From the NCBI GenBank assembly GCA_001002415.1, contig LCMB01000004.1:13-64012 (forward strand): DNA of 64,000 nucleotides, in the 5' to 3' direction. Source of the DNA: Microgenomates group bacterium GW2011_GWF2_46_18 (lineage in GTDB: Bacteria; Patescibacteriota; Microgenomatia; UBA1400; UBA12108). Below the pieces are notes generated by a model, which made no database searches, had not been told where the DNA came from, and saw only the letters and a program-made list of their open reading frames with translations. The position numbers and the translations under genes are program-made. Positions 55,301 to 61,300 of this stretch are shown here, piece after piece; within the stretch, counting starts at the first letter, position 1, and the number at the start of each line of letters is the position of its first letter.

Positions 55301-58300
55301 CTCCGAAAATAAAAGTAAGAGTTTTTTGAGCTTCTTCAAGTGAGTCGGTAACCAATGAGTTCAAGTTATATTCGGAAATGTAGGCTCGGTATTCCTTAAC
55401 TTCAATGGACAATTCTGGGTGGAGACGATAATCGAGGGCGTGAACGGTCTCATGAGCGAGTTTACCCAGTTCTGTTGGATCGAGACTTGACGGATTTTTG
55501 ACATATACTGTATTTGTCCCCCAAGCGTCGTCGTAAAAAGCGTTAGTTGCAGGAATATCATTTTTGAATTGATCGGGAATTTCGTCGAAAGATTTGATTG
55601 GGATGTTATGTTGGGCTGCTACACTGCGGATAGTGTCAAGATATTTTTGAGGGTTAGTGCGTCTCAATTCTGGTGCGAGTAATTTGGTGTCGGCCAAAAT
55701 TTTTGTTTGATCTTCAAGTAATTTATTTATTAATTTCTGAGTGTCTTGGATGGGGTAGCCCGTAAGAAATTGTGAAATTTGGCTTTCGTAAGGTAATTCG
55801 GTATTTATGGCGGGGGTGGTTGGGGTGGGGTAGGTGGTATAAGTAGCGTTGGTGATTAGTTTGACTCGCTCGGTGGGGAGGGGGAGATCGGCAATTTGGG
55901 CAACTGCCTCATCGGTGGTAAGCGTGCCGGACTGAAGATCGGAGAGCGTGCGATTGAGTGCATGCCAGGAAGAGGTGGGAAGGACAAATGAAGTGAGGTA
56001 AGTACCCAAATTAAACTTGCCGGTAGCAAGGTCAACACCGCGGGGGAAGGTGAGAGTTGTGGGGTTGAATAATTGTTCTTGGCGGGCGGCGAAGGCAAGG
56101 TTATTGGTAGTCCGAGAGAGGTTGGGCAGATTAGCGGTAAGATTTCCAGAATTAAATGAGGGGAGGCGGAGGGAAGAAAAGCTATCGGAGAGATTGCGGA
56201 AGAATTGGGAAAGACGAGAACCAATGGAAGAGGGGGTTGTTGGAGTTAGAGCACGGGGAGCGGCAGCGGCGGGGGGAGCGGTAGTTGCTAAGTATTGGGA
56301 GGTAGCGGCGCGGTACTGGGCGAGACTGGAAGGATGGGTGGAGTTACTTTGGGCAAAAGCCATAAGCTGGTCAGCAGGGCCAAAACTGGCAGCAGGAGTA
56401 AGACGCTTGGTGGGACGAGCGAGTTCGGCCAGGAAATCACCTAAGGGGGGGAGGGGTTGGTCAATATGGAGAGCTTGACGGAGAAGCTTTTGATTAGAGT
56501 CGGAGAGGTTTAGGGTCCGAGTGATTTGATCGGCGTAGGAGAGGATTTGCCGATTACTAGCATCTGCCCGACGATAAATTTCAGCGTACAGCCTGTCTCC
56601 CTCAAGTGGTTCTCGAGAGATACTACTATTCATGAGTCCATTAAATTGACTAGCTTTGGAGTTGAGTTGGGTACGGAGAGCAGCGAGTTTTTTGGTATCT
56701 TGAGGGGAGAGACCCAGGGATTTACCGATATTATCGAGGGAGTCGAGGGCTTGCTCGGGAGCCCGAGCTAAATTACGAGTCAAGTCATCGAGACGCATAT
56801 TGCTTAAGTGTTGATAGTGATTCTTCTGGAAGTAATCGGTCATGACATTGTTGGGGGTAAGATCGGTAGCGGTGGAGCGAAGATAAAGATCAAATTCTTG
56901 GGCAAAGGCTTGATCGGCCTCACTGAGACGAGAGAGATTATTGGGGTCGGCAACTAAGCGGTTACGACGAATGAGCTGTTCCATTTGTTCGGACGTAGGC
57001 GCCGAACTTCCCGTTCCGTCGACAAAATTTGACCAGCGGATTTTGCCATGATTAGCGGTGACTTTGAGGTCAACGGCTCGTTCGCGGCCGAGATAACCAA
57101 TCAAGAGATCGTTGGGTTTGACATTGGGATCGTTACCAGCAAGAATTTTCTGAATGCTATCATTCCAGGCTTTGCCATCATCTAATTTGATCCGGCCGGC
57201 GTAGTCGATTTTCCCATCTTTGACGGAGTATTGTAGATATTCTTCGATCATTTCGCCGTTGGGTTTTTGGGCGTATTGGGCAACGATTACCGTTTTGTAG
57301 GGGACACCTTCTTTTTCGGCCGCCTTGACAATGGCCTGCAAATCGGCCGCCATGTCGGCGTTACTACTGGGGAAACCAATGGCGGAAGCTTGGTGGGCAT
57401 AGTTGAGTTTGCGATTGGTGGCAATACTTTTTGCGAGAAAATCACGATCAGCATTATTGACGAATTTGGTCGGAGCGGGGAGAGTGGCGATAGAAGTTAC
57501 ATTGACTCCCAGAAGGTGAGCGGCAGTATCGGGAGTAGCGTCAAAGCCGCGGAGAGTGTGACCAGCATTTTGCATCTCACGGTAGAGATCCACAACCTGC
57601 ATTTGGGATTGATGGGGGGAGATCTCGATCTGACTTAGTTTGGGGAGGCGAGAGGGATCGATCAAATCAGCTCCTTCTAAAAGGTATGGGCGATAGGCTT
57701 CGAGCATGTCGGGTCCATGACCGTAGAAAGTGATGAGTTGGGAGGTAGAGCTTAAACGTTCGCCGGTAGTACTTCTGGCTTTGCGGAGGACCAGGTCGTT
57801 GCCTTCTTGGGAAAAATCGGTGCCAACCCGACGGTTGAGCTGGACCCAGTCGTCTTGAAGATTGGTTTTGCGGAAGGAAAGGTTGGTGAGTAAGTTATTT
57901 TCTCTCCGAGCGAGATTGGTATTACTACTAGCTTTGGAGAGGATACCGTCAAGCTCACCGATGGCGGTTTCGCTTGTTTTGGGATCCTGCAGTTTGGCAG
58001 CAAGGCTTGAGAGTTCCTCGCCTAGCTGGGTGTTGGTACTATTGGTTTTACGCAGGGATTGATCGATAATTTCGGCAAGAGAGTTGGCGTGGGTGAGTGT
58101 GTCTTTTGGCACGACCTGATTGGGGCCAACGGTGCGGAAGAGAGAGGATTCATTATAACCTTCTTTGAGTTCGGTGAGGCGGGCGTCAATGAGTTTTTTG
58201 TGAGTTCCTCCCTCGCTAATGTCAGTAAATATTGAGACGGCGTCACGGCCGGTTTTGAGACCACCCAAGAGTTTGGGATCGGTGACTTGACTTAGGGCTT

Positions 58301-61300
58301 TGCCGCTGCCACTAATGGCAAAATTACCCATGATGTCATCACCGATTTCGTCGGGGATCACTAGGAAGGAACCATGCTTTCCCTGGGTGATTTGTTGCAT
58401 GATTTGGCCGTTTTGAGTAGGGTTGCCACGGCCACGAAGACGATCAAACCAAGAAGCTGAGGGGTCGGTATTGCCCCCCAAACGAGTCCAAGTGGCGGAG
58501 GGGCGGTCACTAACGAACACAAGGCGGGAAGAGTTGGGGTTGGTGGTACTTGCGTTAAGTAAGCGGAGAGTCTCTTCGGGGGAGAGAGCTTGTGCGCTTT
58601 TGAGATCAAAGTGAGGAGAGGTTAAATCAACCGAGAGAAAACCCCTTTGATTATCAAGATAGATCACGTTAGCGTTTTGGCCGGAGTAGAATTTGCGGCC
58701 GCTATCGGAAAGTACCTGCGTATTCACAAAATCCTGAGCTTCGGTAGCGGATTTGAAGAGGGAGAGGCTGCGAGGTTCTTTAACCGACAGGATGCGGGTA
58801 ACGGCATCAGTTTTGCCGGCGAGAGAGGTGCCATCAAGTTTTTTGAGCTGAGAGATGACATCGCTACTTAGGAGGGTATCGACTTGTTCGGGGTAGAGAT
58901 GATAGCCGACTGCACCTTCAAAATCGTCGAGCAGTTTGTTAAATGATTCGACTTGTTGAAGACGGATGGGGTCGGTAATATTGGTGGAGCTTAAACGATA
59001 CATCTCTCCACTACTGCGAGAGCGAGCGGTAGAATCCCAGGTGCGTTCAACGCGAGAGAGATTGTCTTGGGAACTGAGGCGGACACGTTTGACTTCTTTT
59101 TGATCAAAGGCGTCGGAAAGGGAGGTGGTGGAAGGAGTAGTTTTGGGAGGGGGAGTGATATTGGCAAGTTTAGAAGCGGGGGGAAGGCCACCGCTCGTAT
59201 TGTGAAGAATGGTGGCGGAGAGATTGGCGGCTTGTGCGGTTGAGAGCCCAGATTCTTGGAGGCGAGCTATGAGATTACTTTCGGTCACGACTTCTTGAGG
59301 TTTGAGAAAAGTGCTGGGCTCAAGGGGATTGAGACTGCGGGTAATGGGCATGATCAAAGGAGAGCGGGAGGTTTCGAGGGCGAGCGTTAGTTGGCGGGTT
59401 AGGCTTTCGGAGAGATTGTTGTTACCGGCGAGAGTTTCGATGGCACTACGGGAAAAAGGACCATTAGAGACAAAGCTACTTGAGAGATCAGTAAAGGTTT
59501 TGACAAAGGGAGTAATAGTATCGTCAGTTAAAGTGATACCGGATTTTTCGGCGAAATCGAGGATATGGAGAATGGATTTGAGATCGTCAGGGGGGAGCCC
59601 GTGAGTTGCACTTAGATCAAGGATAAGATTGGCTTGAGCGGTGTCGGAAAGGGCGACACCAGCCTGGAGATCTTTGAGCACGGGAGTTTGGAGACTGTCG
59701 CTACTTTTTAAAGGATTGATCAGACTAGTGGGGCTGTTTTGGATAACTTTTTGGCTAAGAGTAGCGGCAAATTCTTCCGGGGTACCTTTGAAACCAGCGG
59801 TAAGAGCAGAGTTGAACAAATCGGGAGTATTTTTGGCGAGAATGTTGTCGGCAGTAAGACCGGCATCTTTGACTATTTTGGTAATAATGGTGTCGTTGTT
59901 TTTGATCCCGATGGTACTAGCTAGGGTTCCTACTCCTTGAGCAACCCATTTGGCGGCGTAGGTGTTACTGATACCGGAGAGTCCGAGTCCAGTACCAATC
60001 TGAGCGACACCGGTCACTAGTTTGCTGGTTAAGAAACGAGAGCCGGCGGAGATGCCAGTGTCAGCAAAGACTTGAGTGAGACCACGGCCGATCGATTTTT
60101 CGATTGCACCACCCCAGACTTTGGGGGCGGAGAGAGTTTTGCTTACACCAAGTAAAATTTTTTCACCCACGGTATCGGTGGCAGTTTTGCCGGCGACTTT
60201 GATGGCACTGCTTCTAGCTAAAGCAGAGCCTTTGGTGAAGAGTGATTCAGTCCCGAGAGTGAGAAAATCTCCCACGGTGAAGCTAATTTCGATGCCGAAG
60301 TTACTAGTAGCTAAAAGTTTTTCACCAAAGGAGGCATCATCATTGGCCCAAGTGGAGGCGTAGCCGTAGAAAGCATTGTCGATGGGAGCTCCCGCGGGGA
60401 TATCGGCGCCGGAGCGGAAACCCATGGGGACGTAGCGTTCCGTCCAGGCTCCGGTAAAGAGAGAGAGGCCCGCGAGTGTTTTGTAAATAAAGCTACCTCC
60501 GACATTGGGAGAGCTTCCGGAGTTAATATCGTCGAGAGTATTGACTCCGTAGAGAACTTTGGCGTCACCGCTAATGGTTTCGAGGGTGTTGAGAATAAAA
60601 TTTTCCGGGAGTTCCATTTTGATCTCGGGAACGGCCATGGCATTATTGACTAAGCCATGAGCAATGTCGGCTTGGATACTGGAAGCTTGATAGTAACGGG
60701 GGTCAATGGCGGCAGTGATTGGAGCGACAATGTGGTCAACCAGAAAATTACCAAGCGGAATGGCATTAATGACAGGATTTGTCCGGAGATCATGGGCGAT
60801 TAAACCTTCTTGGAATTGAGGTAAGAAGGCGGCGGAGATAGGAGTAACACATTTGTTGTTGACACACTGAAGATCTTGATAACATGAGCGTTTTTCGCCG
60901 GTGTATGTCAGATTGGATTGTTCGTCTTCGAAACAGGGTTCGTTGATCCAAGAAGTTTCAATGTCATTAACTTTGTCGATCAAAGTGGATTGATAATTAG
61001 TATTTTTGATGTGGCAACTCATCCCAGGGGGGCAGTCTTTGGCGCCGGAGTCGAGAGCGTAGCCGTTACTACTGGAGAGATCACTATTGCTACAGTAACC
61101 GCCGGATTCAGCGCAGGATTTGCCGGGGAGAGTACTAGCCATTTGGGGGTTGTCACAATAGCTTGGGTCGGGAGCGGCTTGGATACTACTAACCCCACTA
61201 TCCCAACAGATCCAACAGCTGCCGTTTTGTTTGTAGGTGGAGTAGGACTGATTACACCCAGTGGCGGCAAGAGAAGGGGTAGTGGAAATGTAAGTAGCGA

